Shown here: one piece after another, positions 46,601 through 56,976 of the stretch
How positions within the stretch are numbered: position 1 is the stretch's first letter
Layout: each line of letters opens with the position of its first letter
From: Rhodothermales bacterium
GTDB lineage: Bacteria > Bacteroidota > Rhodothermia > Rhodothermales > Bin80
Reading direction: 5' to 3'
Length of the DNA stretch: 64,000 bases
Assembly: GCA_022820435.1 (NCBI GenBank)
Contig: JAJEFL010000126.1
Location: forward strand, 4,419-68,418
Position numbers and translations under genes: made by a program
Notes under the pieces: generated by a model
Database searches by the model: none
What the model saw: the letters and a program-made list of their open reading frames with translations, nothing else
Told to the model about the DNA's origin: nothing

Positions 46601-48601
46601 TCATTCTCCAATGATTGTGTTTCTCACGTACTGCTTAAAGGTGCCAACATCAATGTAACAGTCATAGCCGGTCTGGTTGACGATCTGATAGGTTTCAGCA
46701 GGCTCATTCAGAAGCAGTGCCGCAGGCCGTCCCTGCCCCTCTTGAATCCCATTCGGCCAGGCCAAGTCAATGATTACACGATTACCGATTTCAGACTCGC
46801 CCGCCAAGTCGTAGCCGAATTCCCCGGCCGGCAGTCCGTTGGATGCCATCCATGTTTGAAGATTTTTCAATTCCTCCTCTTCGTCGACACTGGAAATATG
46901 GGAATCAGGTCTGGACGGTGCAATTCCACGGCGTTGCCCACAGGCAGTATCTTCATTTTGGGAATGTTCAGGACTGAGTTCCGTTAAATACCTGTTTGCA
47001 GCGTCTGCCAGCAGTTGACGTCGCGCCTCCAGAAAATCAGGGTAATTCTCAATCTTCCACAATTCCGCATCCATCGGAATCCACTGAGATTCCAGTACTT
47101 CCGGGTGATGCTCCTGAACCCAGGGGAAGTATCCTTCTGTACCCATGCGGCGAAGGTCATCATCATGACTCCCTTTCACAAACCTGGAGGGGTCGGCCGG
47201 TGCGGCAGCGCTGATCCATTGATTGCAATTCGCGGTAAGGAAGCAGAAGTTTCCAACTGCATTCACTTGGGGCCGCAGGTATCCTTCTTTATAAAGTACC
47301 GCTTTGGGGAAGATATGATGAGCCTGCAGTTTTGCCCCCTTCCCCAGCAGCCCGGTCTTAAGTTGAATTCCGGTGCAAAAATCTCTGGCCCCGCCCATTC
47401 TCGTCATCCAGTAGAGAATCGGATAGGAGTAGGCCCCGATTGACCAGGAGTCAAAGTCAGCGGGAATAATTTGAGGACGCCCCCAGGTCGTCCCAATCTC
47501 TGCAAGCAGCCGCTTGATCCCTTCTGGCGTGCCGTCAATCTTTTCCAAAGTTCGCTTGATTTTTGTTTCGGTACTCCCGGAAAAGCGTCCATGCATTCCC
47601 GCCCTCAAGTACCAGTAGAGCAGTAAATTCCACTCTTTCTGGTCCAGGAATTTAGCTTCGTGCAACTCCAGATGCCGAACGACAACGGGAATCGCATATT
47701 TGGCAAACAGCACTCGATCATGATCCAGTCCCAGCGTACCTGAAATCTGGTTCAGTGTCTCATCCACATGCCCAACAGTCTTTTTAAGTCCATTTTCGAA
47801 TGTATCTCGTGGGGTGGTGTGCAAGTGTCGGAAAGCTGCCTCGCCATGTACGGCCGCATTGACACATCTCAAAAGCCAATCCAGTGTGAAGTAGAAGCCC
47901 TGTTTTTTCCATTTCCTGACATTTTTGCGCATTACCTCTCTTGCGTTCGGCCATTTTGCAGAAATTTTTGCCAGTGCCAAATCGCCTGTTGACAATCGGG
48001 TGCCTGCACTATTTAAGCGGTTGAAAATGTCAACGACTTCATCAGATTCACCTTCCTTGGCTATAACTTCGTCAATATGGAAGTCCTTTTCTCGTAAATC
48101 AAGCAAACGGTTTAGGCGGTGTCCAATTTTAATCTGCAATTTCAATTGTGAAGTAGTTTCGGGCGAGTCAAAATTGGTTGCGCATTGTTCAAGTATGATG
48201 TTTTCTATCCCACCAGGTCCTGCTTTCATGACCTTTGTCACGTCAAACCAGAATGGATCACCTTTCATTTTGATTGGTTGATAAAATTCAAACCTTTCTT
48301 CTATAGCGTGGAAATAGAGGCCTTTGAATGCCTTTTCGTCTCCGGAGAAGAAATTAGGGGGACTGCCTTTAATCACACCGTAGAGCGAAGTTACCCTCTG
48401 CTGCCCATCCAATAATAGATCTACATGAACATCATCTCGTTTAGTGGTCCATGTGAGAAGACTTCCTACTGGATGTTTCCGGTACAGTGAGTCAAAGAAA
48501 TCTCGTACTTGCCTCCGCTTCCAGACATATCCGCGTTGAAATTCTGGAAGAATGAGCTTCTCGGCGGCTATGTTAACGAGAATGCTGTCAACTGTTGGCA
48601 T
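46601..48601 (-). CDS. DUF262/DUF1524 (GmrSD-like) nuclease with extra C-terminal domain
   Basis: LPEFQRGYVW and LLLDGQQRVTSL (DUF262 hallmarks). HHIFPKA...VGNFCFLTANCNQ is a His-Me finger/DUF1524-like segment. About 130 further residues end in IDLAWPNG...ALLLNE. The start was taken at MPTVDS (48601); the track ORF extends to 48694. Confidence 0.8.
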   Translation of the reverse strand: MPTVDSILVNIAAEKLILPEFQRGYVWKRRQVRDFFDSLYRKHPVGSLLTWTTKRDDVHVDLLLDGQQRVTSLYGVIKGSPPNFFSGDEKAFKGLYFHAIEERFEFYQPIKMKGDPFWFDVTKVMKAGPGGIENIILEQCATNFDSPETTSQLKLQIKIGHRLNRLLDLREKDFHIDEVIAKEGESDEVVDIFNRLNSAGTRLSTGDLALAKISAKWPNAREVMRKNVRKWKKQGFYFTLDWLLRCVNAAVHGEAAFRHLHTTPRDTFENGLKKTVGHVDETLNQISGTLGLDHDRVLFAKYAIPVVVRHLELHEAKFLDQKEWNLLLYWYLRAGMHGRFSGSTETKIKRTLEKIDGTPEGIKRLLAEIGTTWGRPQIIPADFDSWSIGAYSYPILYWMTRMGGARDFCTGIQLKTGLLGKGAKLQAHHIFPKAVLYKEGYLRPQVNAVGNFCFLTANCNQWISAAAPADPSRFVKGSHDDDLRRMGTEGYFPWVQEHHPEVLESQWIPMDAELWKIENYPDFLEARRQLLADAANRYLTELSPEHSQNEDTACGQRRGIAPSRPDSHISSVDEEEELKNLQTWMASNGLPAGEFGYDLAGESEIGNRVIIDLAWPNGIQEGQGRPAALLLNEPAETYQIVNQTGYDCYIDVGTFKQYVRNTIIGE

Positions 48602-48791
48602 GATAAGCGATTGATTTGTCCGTGTTAAGAAAAGAGTTGCACGACCCGAAAATACATATTTTTGGCATGTATACCAAACGTCCCTCTGCAGCATCGTTCT
48701 TGCTCACTGTGCGCATTGCTTGAGGGCCGTCTCCAGATACTGAACTTTGAAACTTCGCTATCAATGGTTAAATTGTGATTTTTGCATTCCC

Positions 48792-50111
48792 ATGTTACGC
48801 AAGTTTTTCGCATTATGCCTGCTTATGTCCGCCTGGCCCGCATTCGGTCAGTCACTGGAGGCGCACATGGATTCCCTGTTCGCATTGATGGATCATACAG
48901 ATACGCCCGGTGCCGCCGTTGCCATTGTGCGCGGCGATAGCGTCCAATTTGCCAAGGGATATGGGATCGCTGATCTGGAGCATGATATCCCGGTGACCCC
49001 CAATACCGTCTTCATGGCCGCAAGCGTGTCAAAGCAGTTCACCGCTTACGGGATTGCACTCCTTGCGAATCAGGGAAAGATCTCACTGGATGACCCGGTC
49101 ACCGACTACATACCGGAACTTCCAAACTTTCAGTATCCGATGACCATTCGGCATTTAGTGCATCACACCAGCGGACTGCGCGACGAGTTCAGCCTTCTGG
49201 CTTTGGCGGGATACCGAATGGACGATGTAATCACCAAAGATGACATCCTGCGACTCATTTATCAGCAAAAGGATCTGAATTTTGATCCCGGAGAACGATA
49301 CATGTATAGTAACTCCGGCTATACGCTGATGGCAGAAATCATCACACGCGTAAGCGGACAGTCCTTTCGTGACTGGATGCACGAGAATCTGTTCCGTCCA
49401 CTTGGAATGGCGAGTTCACAGTTCCGCTCAGAACGGGGGCAGACGATTGAAAATGTCGCCTCCGGCTATATCACTGCCTCCGATGGATATAAAGCGCAGC
49501 GTGTGAACTATTCCAGTGTCGGTGCCAGCGGGCTCTATACGACAGCGCTGGATCTGGGGCGATGGCTCATTGCACTGAAGCGGGGCGATGTCGGCGGCAT
49601 TGAGACGCGTGATCTGGCCCATTCCCGCGGAATTCTCTCCGATGGGGACACGCTCACCTATGCATTCGGGATCCGTTATGGATGGTTTCGGGGGACACGG
49701 TCCATTGGTCATAGCGGCTCACACCGGGGATACCGCACCTGGGCAGGACGATTTCCTGAATATGACCTAGGTATTGCCGTGCTTGGCAATCTGGAGGAAT
49801 TTAATCCGTCAAATATGGCACAGAAGATCGCCGCTTTTTTCATTGAAGAAAAAAATCTGGACGCGTACAAGGGGACCTATCACAGCAGGGAACTCGGAAG
49901 CACCATTTATATCTCCGTCAGATCGGATACCCTTCGGGTGCGTTCCCGACGAGGTGAATTGGCGACACTATCCCGAACAGGACGGGACTCTTTTTCCAGT
50001 GATACATGGTACATGAATTCCTTTGAGTTCAAACGGGAAGGGGACAGCCTGACCGGAGTTCATATCAGTTCCGGACGTTCGCAGGATGTCTGGTTTGAGA
50101 AGATAAAGTAA
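48792..50111 (+). CDS. serine hydrolase, class C beta-lactamase/PBP4* family
   Basis: Signal peptide MLRKFFALCLLMSAWPAFGQ, the ASVSKQF (SxxK) motif and YSNSGY (YxN). Confidence 0.85.
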   Translation: MLRKFFALCLLMSAWPAFGQSLEAHMDSLFALMDHTDTPGAAVAIVRGDSVQFAKGYGIADLEHDIPVTPNTVFMAASVSKQFTAYGIALLANQGKISLDDPVTDYIPELPNFQYPMTIRHLVHHTSGLRDEFSLLALAGYRMDDVITKDDILRLIYQQKDLNFDPGERYMYSNSGYTLMAEIITRVSGQSFRDWMHENLFRPLGMASSQFRSERGQTIENVASGYITASDGYKAQRVNYSSVGASGLYTTALDLGRWLIALKRGDVGGIETRDLAHSRGILSDGDTLTYAFGIRYGWFRGTRSIGHSGSHRGYRTWAGRFPEYDLGIAVLGNLEEFNPSNMAQKIAAFFIEEKNLDAYKGTYHSRELGSTIYISVRSDTLRVRSRRGELATLSRTGRDSFSSDTWYMNSFEFKREGDSLTGVHISSGRSQDVWFEKIK

Positions 50112-51787
50112 TGATGTACCGGCTCCTCCTTCTATGGTTGATCACAGTAATGACGGCCCCGGTCTATGGACAGGTAGACAGAATCTTCCGTCCCTGGGAT
50201 TCCGATAAAAGCCCCGGTGCCATGGTTGCCGTGCTGTACCGGGGGGAAGTCCTTCATCATAAGGGGTATGGGATGGCGAATCTGGAGCACAATGTCCCTG
50301 TTACTTCCGCCAGTGTCTTTGATGTTGCCTCGGTATCCAAACAATTCTGTGCATTCGCAATTGCAATGCTGATGGACGAAGGGAAGATTGCAGTGGATGA
50401 AGATGTGCGGACCTATCTGCCGGAACTGCCGGATTTTGGCCACACAATTACGGTCCAAAACCTGATCTATCATACCAGCGGACTTAGAGACTGGCCGGGG
50501 ATGCTTGGACTATCCGGACGTGAGATGGAGGATGTGATCTCCATGGAGGAAATCCGCTCCTTTGTGATGCACCAGCAAACCCTGAATTTCGCCCCGGGGA
50601 CAAAATTCAGTTATTCAAATACAGGATATACGCTTCTAGCCCTGATTATTGAGCGTGTCAGCGGGCAGCCTTTCCGATCATTCATAGAGGACAGAATCTT
50701 TTCCCCGCTTGGCATGACTCATACATTTTTTCAGGATGATCACGAAGAGATTGTATCAGGGCGCGTAACCAGCTATCGCCTGCAGGAAGGGAGTTTTTAC
50801 CGTGTCGGGAACGGTCTGATGGCGACTGGATCCAGTTCGCTGCATGCAACAACCGACGACCTGCTCAAATGGGTCCGAAACTTTGAGGAACCGGGTCTGG
50901 GGACTCCTGCGGTGCATGCGATGATGAATTTACAGGGACATCTCCGCGACAGTACGGTCATTCCCTATGGCTTTGGACTGGTCAGAGGGGTATACCGAGG
51001 ATTGCAGACACATTCCCATTCAGGTGGATGGGCTGGTTTTCGGACGGTCATTCTGCGGATTCCCGATCATGAGTTCACGGTCATTATACTCGGCAACCAT
51101 GCATCTCTGAACGCCACCATGATGGCCGAACGTGTCGCAGAACATTATCTGGGAGCGTTCATGGGGCCACCGGAAATGCCTCCAATTCCCTTGAATTTTG
51201 ATCAGATGCCAAGCGATTATGAGGGAATCTATGACTTTGGTGAAGCGCACATTTTACGACTTGCCGTGGATGGTCCATCACTTTTCGCTTATTTACCTCC
51301 GACTCCGGGCGTGCCGGTCCAGTCAGTCGGGACAGATTCTCTGTACGTTCCGGCACTCAATTTGACGGTCACTTTCTCACGTGACGCACTGGATCAGGTT
51401 GTGCAGGCCTTCACAGGTGAGCTTGCGGCCAGACGTGTTCCATTACCCAAAGAACCGAACCTTACCTCAATTGAAGGATGCTATCACAGCAGGGAACTCG
51501 GCGTGTCCTACCGGATGCATATTCAGGATGATCAACTGATTGCAACCGGTCCTCGGGGCAGGAGTTTTGAGTTTTCAAGTACACTTGAGCATGTCTTCAC
51601 CAGTGATTCATGGTTCATGCCGGTAATCCGATTTTTTGTCAGTCCTGACCATCAAACCATCACACATTTTGAGGCGAACAGCACACGCAATCGAAAGGTG
51701 ATATTTGAAAAAATCTCATACCAGAGCGGCGTAGTATCTGGATCACAACACGGTCACGATTCACAGTCTTGCCCCTTGATGCCGTAG
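50111..51787 (+). CDS. serine hydrolase, class C beta-lactamase family (paralog)
   Basis: ASVSKQF and YSNTGY motifs. It shares a C-terminal module with the upstream paralog (YHSRELG...). Confidence 0.85.
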   Translation: MMYRLLLLWLITVMTAPVYGQVDRIFRPWDSDKSPGAMVAVLYRGEVLHHKGYGMANLEHNVPVTSASVFDVASVSKQFCAFAIAMLMDEGKIAVDEDVRTYLPELPDFGHTITVQNLIYHTSGLRDWPGMLGLSGREMEDVISMEEIRSFVMHQQTLNFAPGTKFSYSNTGYTLLALIIERVSGQPFRSFIEDRIFSPLGMTHTFFQDDHEEIVSGRVTSYRLQEGSFYRVGNGLMATGSSSLHATTDDLLKWVRNFEEPGLGTPAVHAMMNLQGHLRDSTVIPYGFGLVRGVYRGLQTHSHSGGWAGFRTVILRIPDHEFTVIILGNHASLNATMMAERVAEHYLGAFMGPPEMPPIPLNFDQMPSDYEGIYDFGEAHILRLAVDGPSLFAYLPPTPGVPVQSVGTDSLYVPALNLTVTFSRDALDQVVQAFTGELAARRVPLPKEPNLTSIEGCYHSRELGVSYRMHIQDDQLIATGPRGRSFEFSSTLEHVFTSDSWFMPVIRFFVSPDHQTITHFEANSTRNRKVIFEKISYQSGVVSGSQHGHDSQSCPLMP

Positions 51788-52025
51788 TCAATTGTCAATC
51801 CTCGCAGCAAAGTCCATGAACGTACAAAGACATTGCTAAAGTCGGCCTTGCTGCTCAGCGTCACTTACCTTTGGACAATCGAATACGAAGTAATCATAGA
51901 TTATTGAATAGATCCGGTATAGCCATCAGGATCCTCACCTGCAAGTCGTAGACAAACACTATTTCCTCCACCAGATTCCCTCCCGATTGGGCATCCCCCC
52001 TCTACACGCAGTCTCCATCCATGAA

Positions 52026-55000
52026 TTACTTCTGAAGGGTCATTCTGCGCGTGTGGACAATCCTGCCATCCAATTCCATCCGGTAGATGTATATGCCACT
52101 GGAATAAGCATTCGCATTCCACTGTAATCTGTGCACCCCAGGCGCATAAACCCGGTCCGTTAAATCCGACACCTTCCGTCCGGTCACATCAAAAACAGCA
52201 AGGCGGACATGTGAATCGTGAGATATGGAAAATTCTATATTCGTTGACGCATTAAATGGATTCGGGTAGTTCTGGCTCAGGCTAAATTCAGACGGCAATT
52301 CGGAAACTGATTCTTCCGTAGATGTGTGAATGTCAATTTCCGATAGAGGCAGCGTCCATACACCGCGCCCATGCGTGCCGACAATGAGCTCATCATCCCG
52401 GATCTTCATTCTCCACACAGATGCAGCAGGTAAACCGTTATCCGCATAATTCCACTGAGCACCATGATCATCCGACACAAAGAGGCCAATCTCCGTGCCC
52501 GCCCAGAATACATGCGGTGCATGCGGCATAATGATCAAATCATACACAGCGACGTTCGGGAATCCGTTCGTACTGGTTTCTGATGGCGAAAAACCGGACA
52601 GATCCGTCCAGGTCTGCCCGTAATCCTTCGTCTCCAGAATCTTGGGTTTATATGGCAGGGAAAAGAGTGCATATGCCGTCCCGTCTTCAAGTGGATGCGT
52701 TGCGAGTCCGGAAATGTCACCCCGGGGCGCATTGTCCATTGTGGGCAAGGCGGCTTGATTGAAGGACCGGCCCCTGTCTCTGGAAACATGCAGCATCCGA
52801 TAAGGATACAGTCCGCAGCCTGCCCATACTACATTTGATCTGGAAAGCGAAACTCTAACCTTACATCCATCCCAGGAATTCCACGAATCTTCAATTGATG
52901 TCAGATTCCAGGTCAATCCGAAGTCTCTCGAAACCATCACTCCCTCCGCCTTTACCAGATATACGTCGTCTGGAGCACGATCACTGTTATCAATAGATGT
53001 GAGAAAGATGCCATTTATGGCATCAAAGGGGGACGTTCGCTCCCATCGTCCACCGCCATCAGTTGTTCGGGCTACGAGGTCTCTCTGTGCAGTGACCAGA
53101 ATTTTACGCCGATCTCCAGGATGCCAGATTGTCTCAATACCATCACCGCTATAAACAGATCTCCATCCACTCCCGCTGGTCGGTGCGGTGCCTGACCTCC
53201 AACTCCCATTATCTTGCAGGCCTGTGACATAATCGGATGTTCCCGGCGCCTTTGCTACACCATAAACCTGCGAAGTATTATAACCGGAGTGGGCTCTGTC
53301 CGTCTCACGAAAGGTTTTGCCGTTGTCTTTGGATATGGCAACTCCCCCGTCATTTACATTCAGGATCCAGAATTTGTTTTCAGCTTCATTAATTGGTAAT
53401 GGATAGATACCGTGATGGTCCACATGCACCGTCCTCCCTGGGTCAATTTCCTCATCTAAGGATCGAACATAGGAATAACTGTTATAGATGAATTCCAGGG
53501 TGACCGTCTGATTTGGCAGGTTATCCGGAGTCCATGCAGCGCCGGATGCCAGAACCGGTAACAGACCATAAACCATCCCTTTGTCAACGCCCCCATTTTG
53601 GGCGATACGGGAATCGGGAGCAGCATCACTGTAATCGTATTTATGAACAAAAATGAATTCATAACTCTGCAAATCACGGGTCTCCAGATTTTCGCTGCGA
53701 TAGTATTCAATCAGATTAAATTTGCCATCCTCCGCCTGATCACGAAAAGAAACCATAAGCTGACGGTTATTGTCCACATCCCACACCTGAAACGGAACAT
53801 CAACATAATCGGCAAACATGTAGCGAAAGAAGGGAACCTCGGGGCCTCCATTGCCATATCTGCCCGCGGTTTTGGAAACCCAGAAACGGTGGGCTTTTTG
53901 CGAACCTTGGCCGAACCTTATTTCGATGTTGGTAAAATCCTCCTCTTCGGTGTCGAGTGACCGGAATCTTCCGGAATAGGCTCTGCCGTCAAACGCCTCC
54001 CCATCAATATTCCGAAATTCGAGCCACGAATCCGTGCCTCCATGATTCAGCCTGCCCGGCAATGGGTCGCCAGTTATTTTTTCACCAGACAGTACAAGAC
54101 GATACAGCACAATTCCGCCAACGAACACAATGTTCGGATCGTAAGGATGTACTGCAATCGAATTATTAAACCATCCCTGGCCACCCATCCACCCACTCCA
54201 GTCCGTTGTTTCTGATGTTGGCCACCAATTCAAACCACCATCATCACTCCGATAGAGTTGTGCTTCAACGGCTCCGTCTACAGAGGCATATGCTATGTTT
54301 GGATGCGAGGGCGAATACGCCAATTCGGTTCTGCGCATTTCGTCGACATGGTTGATCCAGGCAAACTCCCAGGTTTGCCCCGCATCATCTGAAACCAGGA
54401 TTTCCCCGCTTTGTCTGGCAGATGCAATCTGCCGGTTAAAATTGCCCGGCTGTGCTCGTAAATCCTGTACGACCCCTTCCTGTGAGGTCTGTTCCCAACT
54501 CGATCCACCGTCGGTGGACCGGAAAATCCCGTAATTGGTGGCTGCCAGCACCACATCTGGATTTGAAGGATCTACAGCTAGCCGGTTCACATATCTGAAC
54601 TGATCACGATCTGCGGTTGAAGCCAGCTGTGTCCAGATCTCACCTTTGTCAGATGACTTGAAAATACCATATCCTGCGACCGAACCGGCTCCTGCCATAC
54701 TTTCGCCAGTCCCCATGTAGATAATATTGGGATTGCTTTCTGCCATGGTCAGGGCTGAGACTGACAGATTTGGTAAATGGTCCGTCAGAGACACCCAGTT
54801 TTCTCCCCCGTCTGTCGTCTTCCACAGTCCGCCGGACACAGATCCTGCATACCATGTATGCATATTTGGATCCTCTGGATCTACAAGAAGCGCCCGCGTC
54901 CGTCCACCGACATTTCCTGGTCCCCGTTCACTCCAGTCCAGTTTGATCCCGGGGGTTTTCGCCATTGCAAGCGCTTTCTGGAATTCCCTGATCTGATATC

Positions 55001-55217
55001 CTGCTGAATACTCCTCTGTGCCATCTATGGGGGTTCTAATATCACGGTGGTATTTAAAAAAGCGATCAGGATCCCCTTTTGAGGGAGAGTAGGTATCTTC
55101 GTGGTGCAAAGTCTCTGAAGAATCAGACTCTGAAATCTCTCCTTTCTGTAGCAGGGCAGCCGTAAGTGTCAATAACAGAACAACGAATCCAGCAATAGCT
55201 GCGAACTTGAATTTCAT
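52026..55217 (-). CDS. BNR/Asp-box repeat (sortilin-VPS10/GH74-like) protein with T9SS C-terminal sorting domain
   Basis: About 11 SxDxGxTW-type Asp boxes (STDGGSSWEQ, SDDAGQTWEF, TKDYGQTWTD and others). The C-terminus LSQNYPNPFNASTNIEF...GIYIYRMELDGRIVHTRRMTLQK is a typical T9SS tail. Confidence 0.8.
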   Translation of the reverse strand: MKFKFAAIAGFVVLLLTLTAALLQKGEISESDSSETLHHEDTYSPSKGDPDRFFKYHRDIRTPIDGTEEYSAGYQIREFQKALAMAKTPGIKLDWSERGPGNVGGRTRALLVDPEDPNMHTWYAGSVSGGLWKTTDGGENWVSLTDHLPNLSVSALTMAESNPNIIYMGTGESMAGAGSVAGYGIFKSSDKGEIWTQLASTADRDQFRYVNRLAVDPSNPDVVLAATNYGIFRSTDGGSSWEQTSQEGVVQDLRAQPGNFNRQIASARQSGEILVSDDAGQTWEFAWINHVDEMRRTELAYSPSHPNIAYASVDGAVEAQLYRSDDGGLNWWPTSETTDWSGWMGGQGWFNNSIAVHPYDPNIVFVGGIVLYRLVLSGEKITGDPLPGRLNHGGTDSWLEFRNIDGEAFDGRAYSGRFRSLDTEEEDFTNIEIRFGQGSQKAHRFWVSKTAGRYGNGGPEVPFFRYMFADYVDVPFQVWDVDNNRQLMVSFRDQAEDGKFNLIEYYRSENLETRDLQSYEFIFVHKYDYSDAAPDSRIAQNGGVDKGMVYGLLPVLASGAAWTPDNLPNQTVTLEFIYNSYSYVRSLDEEIDPGRTVHVDHHGIYPLPINEAENKFWILNVNDGGVAISKDNGKTFRETDRAHSGYNTSQVYGVAKAPGTSDYVTGLQDNGSWRSGTAPTSGSGWRSVYSGDGIETIWHPGDRRKILVTAQRDLVARTTDGGGRWERTSPFDAINGIFLTSIDNSDRAPDDVYLVKAEGVMVSRDFGLTWNLTSIEDSWNSWDGCKVRVSLSRSNVVWAGCGLYPYRMLHVSRDRGRSFNQAALPTMDNAPRGDISGLATHPLEDGTAYALFSLPYKPKILETKDYGQTWTDLSGFSPSETSTNGFPNVAVYDLIIMPHAPHVFWAGTEIGLFVSDDHGAQWNYADNGLPAASVWRMKIRDDELIVGTHGRGVWTLPLSEIDIHTSTEESVSELPSEFSLSQNYPNPFNASTNIEFSISHDSHVRLAVFDVTGRKVSDLTDRVYAPGVHRLQWNANAYSSGIYIYRMELDGRIVHTRRMTLQK

Positions 55218-55293
55218 GATTGTGGGTACAACAACGACATAGATTTGTGGTATGGTGTCAAAATAAGGAAATTATATTCATGAGTCACAACTC

Positions 55294-55569
55294 TCATGGA
55301 TATAATTCCCTGTTGCAGATCAGGATATTGTTGCGCAATTCATCTCCGATCATGATCAGCCGCCCAGAACGATCCTGTACCATCTCGTGGCAGTTATTAA
55401 CGGGTACCGTCTTTGGATCCAGATTTCCCCATGTTCGGTGCACACGATAGCGGTAGTCTCCGTGACCGCTCAATTCATCGGGCACAGGTCGTTTACTGAG
55501 AATACTCACAGGAAAAAATGTTAACGCCGCTGCCTGGGCAGTACGCTGCGCAAACTTACGTCGATTCAT
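55294..55569 (-). pseudogene. 5' remnant of a Tat-signal beta-propeller (NHL-like) protein gene
   Basis: MNRRKFAQRTAQAAALTF is a twin-arginine-like signal. HGDYRYRVHRTWGNL...DRSGRLIMIGDELRNNILI resembles the first blade of ~350-aa proteins. The ORF stops after 91 aa, 76 nt from the next gene start. Confidence 0.4.
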
Positions 55570-55692
55570 CGTCGCTGGAAATTTTGAAGATTACGTTCAT
55601 TGATTGGAGGTATTCGAGATAACACGCTGGGTCGGCATACCAATTCCCCGATACGTACGCAGGATTGATCCATCTGGAGGGAAGTCCCAAGA

Positions 55693-56451
55693 CTAGAAGG
55701 TGTAATCAGCATCCAGAGTCAGCACTTGAATCCGCATCGGCTGAATTTCCACAATGCGCCCGGTGAATCCAATCACATCCTTTACAGAGAGAATGGGGGC
55801 CTCTGTGGGAATCATCAGTTGGATTTCTTTTCCATCGGAGTCCGCAAGCAAAACCCAATCCTCTTCAAAACCCGTAATGACACCTTCGGTGGAAAGAATC
55901 TGATCCATATTGCGGAGCGAGTCACGTTCGGCATCAAAAATACTTGTATATGCGATCCTCCACGGCACCGCGCTGGCACGGCGCATGAGCCACTCAAAAC
56001 CCAGTTCAAAGCCACCATAGTAGTCGCCCAGACCGAACCGTTGCGCCATGGCCACCTGAATTGAATCGCGTACATGAACGGGGAACTGCTGCGCCATGCC
56101 ACTGCCCACTGTAATATGTATCAGGCGCTCATCTTCCAGAAGGATGACCAGGATTCCATTATGCGTTTCGGCGGACCCTAATTCCCAGAATGCGTACACC
56201 GATGCCGCATACGATTCTATAGATTCCCCCCGCAGAGATGCCAGTGTAAGACCGGCGAGTGTAACGGATGTACTGTCGTAGAAATCCGAAAGGAGATTCA
56301 TCAGGGCATGCTCATCTTCGGCATCTAACACATCTGCCTGATCCACCATCCAGTCCGGTTCGGGCATCTGGTTTTTAATCAGGCATCCTGCCATCAAAAT
56401 TGCACACGCAAGCCAAAATGTGTGATTCCAGAAACCCATTGAACCATTCAA
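55693..56451 (-). CDS. TPM-domain (DUF477) protein, lipoprotein-like
   Basis: A lipobox (ILMAGC), then the TPM pattern DQADVLDAEDEHALMNLL...NGILVILLEDERLIHITVGSG, plus an extra C-terminal ~90 aa. Confidence 0.65.
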   Translation of the reverse strand: MNGSMGFWNHTFWLACAILMAGCLIKNQMPEPDWMVDQADVLDAEDEHALMNLLSDFYDSTSVTLAGLTLASLRGESIESYAASVYAFWELGSAETHNGILVILLEDERLIHITVGSGMAQQFPVHVRDSIQVAMAQRFGLGDYYGGFELGFEWLMRRASAVPWRIAYTSIFDAERDSLRNMDQILSTEGVITGFEEDWVLLADSDGKEIQLMIPTEAPILSVKDVIGFTGRIVEIQPMRIQVLTLDADYTF

Positions 56452-56563
56452 CGATCAGATGGACGGTGCGAAACTGTGCAGCACAGAACCATCGTAGTAT
56501 CCAATGTAGGATCGCACCTGTGCATTCAAGAATTTTGAGTCTGTATCTTCACTTGAATCCCCA

Positions 56564-56902
56564 TCACATTAAATCTTGATAGAAGCAGGTTCGGGCCCCC
56601 GTATGGCATGCGCCGCTGCCCTGCTGATCCACCATAAAGAGTAACGCATCGCCATCACAATCCAATTTTGCAGACCTGACGATTTGGAAGTGTCCACTGG
56701 TTTCTCCCTTCACCCATACACATTGTCGTGAGCGGCTCCAATAGGTCATGGTTCCCGTCCTCAGTGTCTGCTCCAGAGTTGACTTGTTCATGTGCGCTAT
56801 CATTAGAACTTCTAGTGTGGTGGCTTCCTGTGCAATTACAGGCACAAGTCCATCCTGATTGAATGCGACATCCGTTATCTTTGCGATGGTAAGTTCACTC
56901 AT
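56564..56902 (-). CDS. hisI: phosphoribosyl-AMP cyclohydrolase
   Basis: GLVPVIAQ, YWSRSRQCVWVKGETSG and DCDGDALLFMVDQQGSGACHTGARTCF. Confidence 0.9.
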   Translation of the reverse strand: MSELTIAKITDVAFNQDGLVPVIAQEATTLEVLMIAHMNKSTLEQTLRTGTMTYWSRSRQCVWVKGETSGHFQIVRSAKLDCDGDALLFMVDQQGSGACHTGARTCFYQDLM

Positions 56903-56976
56903 GATGATACTGTGTCGTTGTGAGGGACCTTTATACGATAGAAATGTAAGATCTGCGGATAAGGTACGAACAAAAC

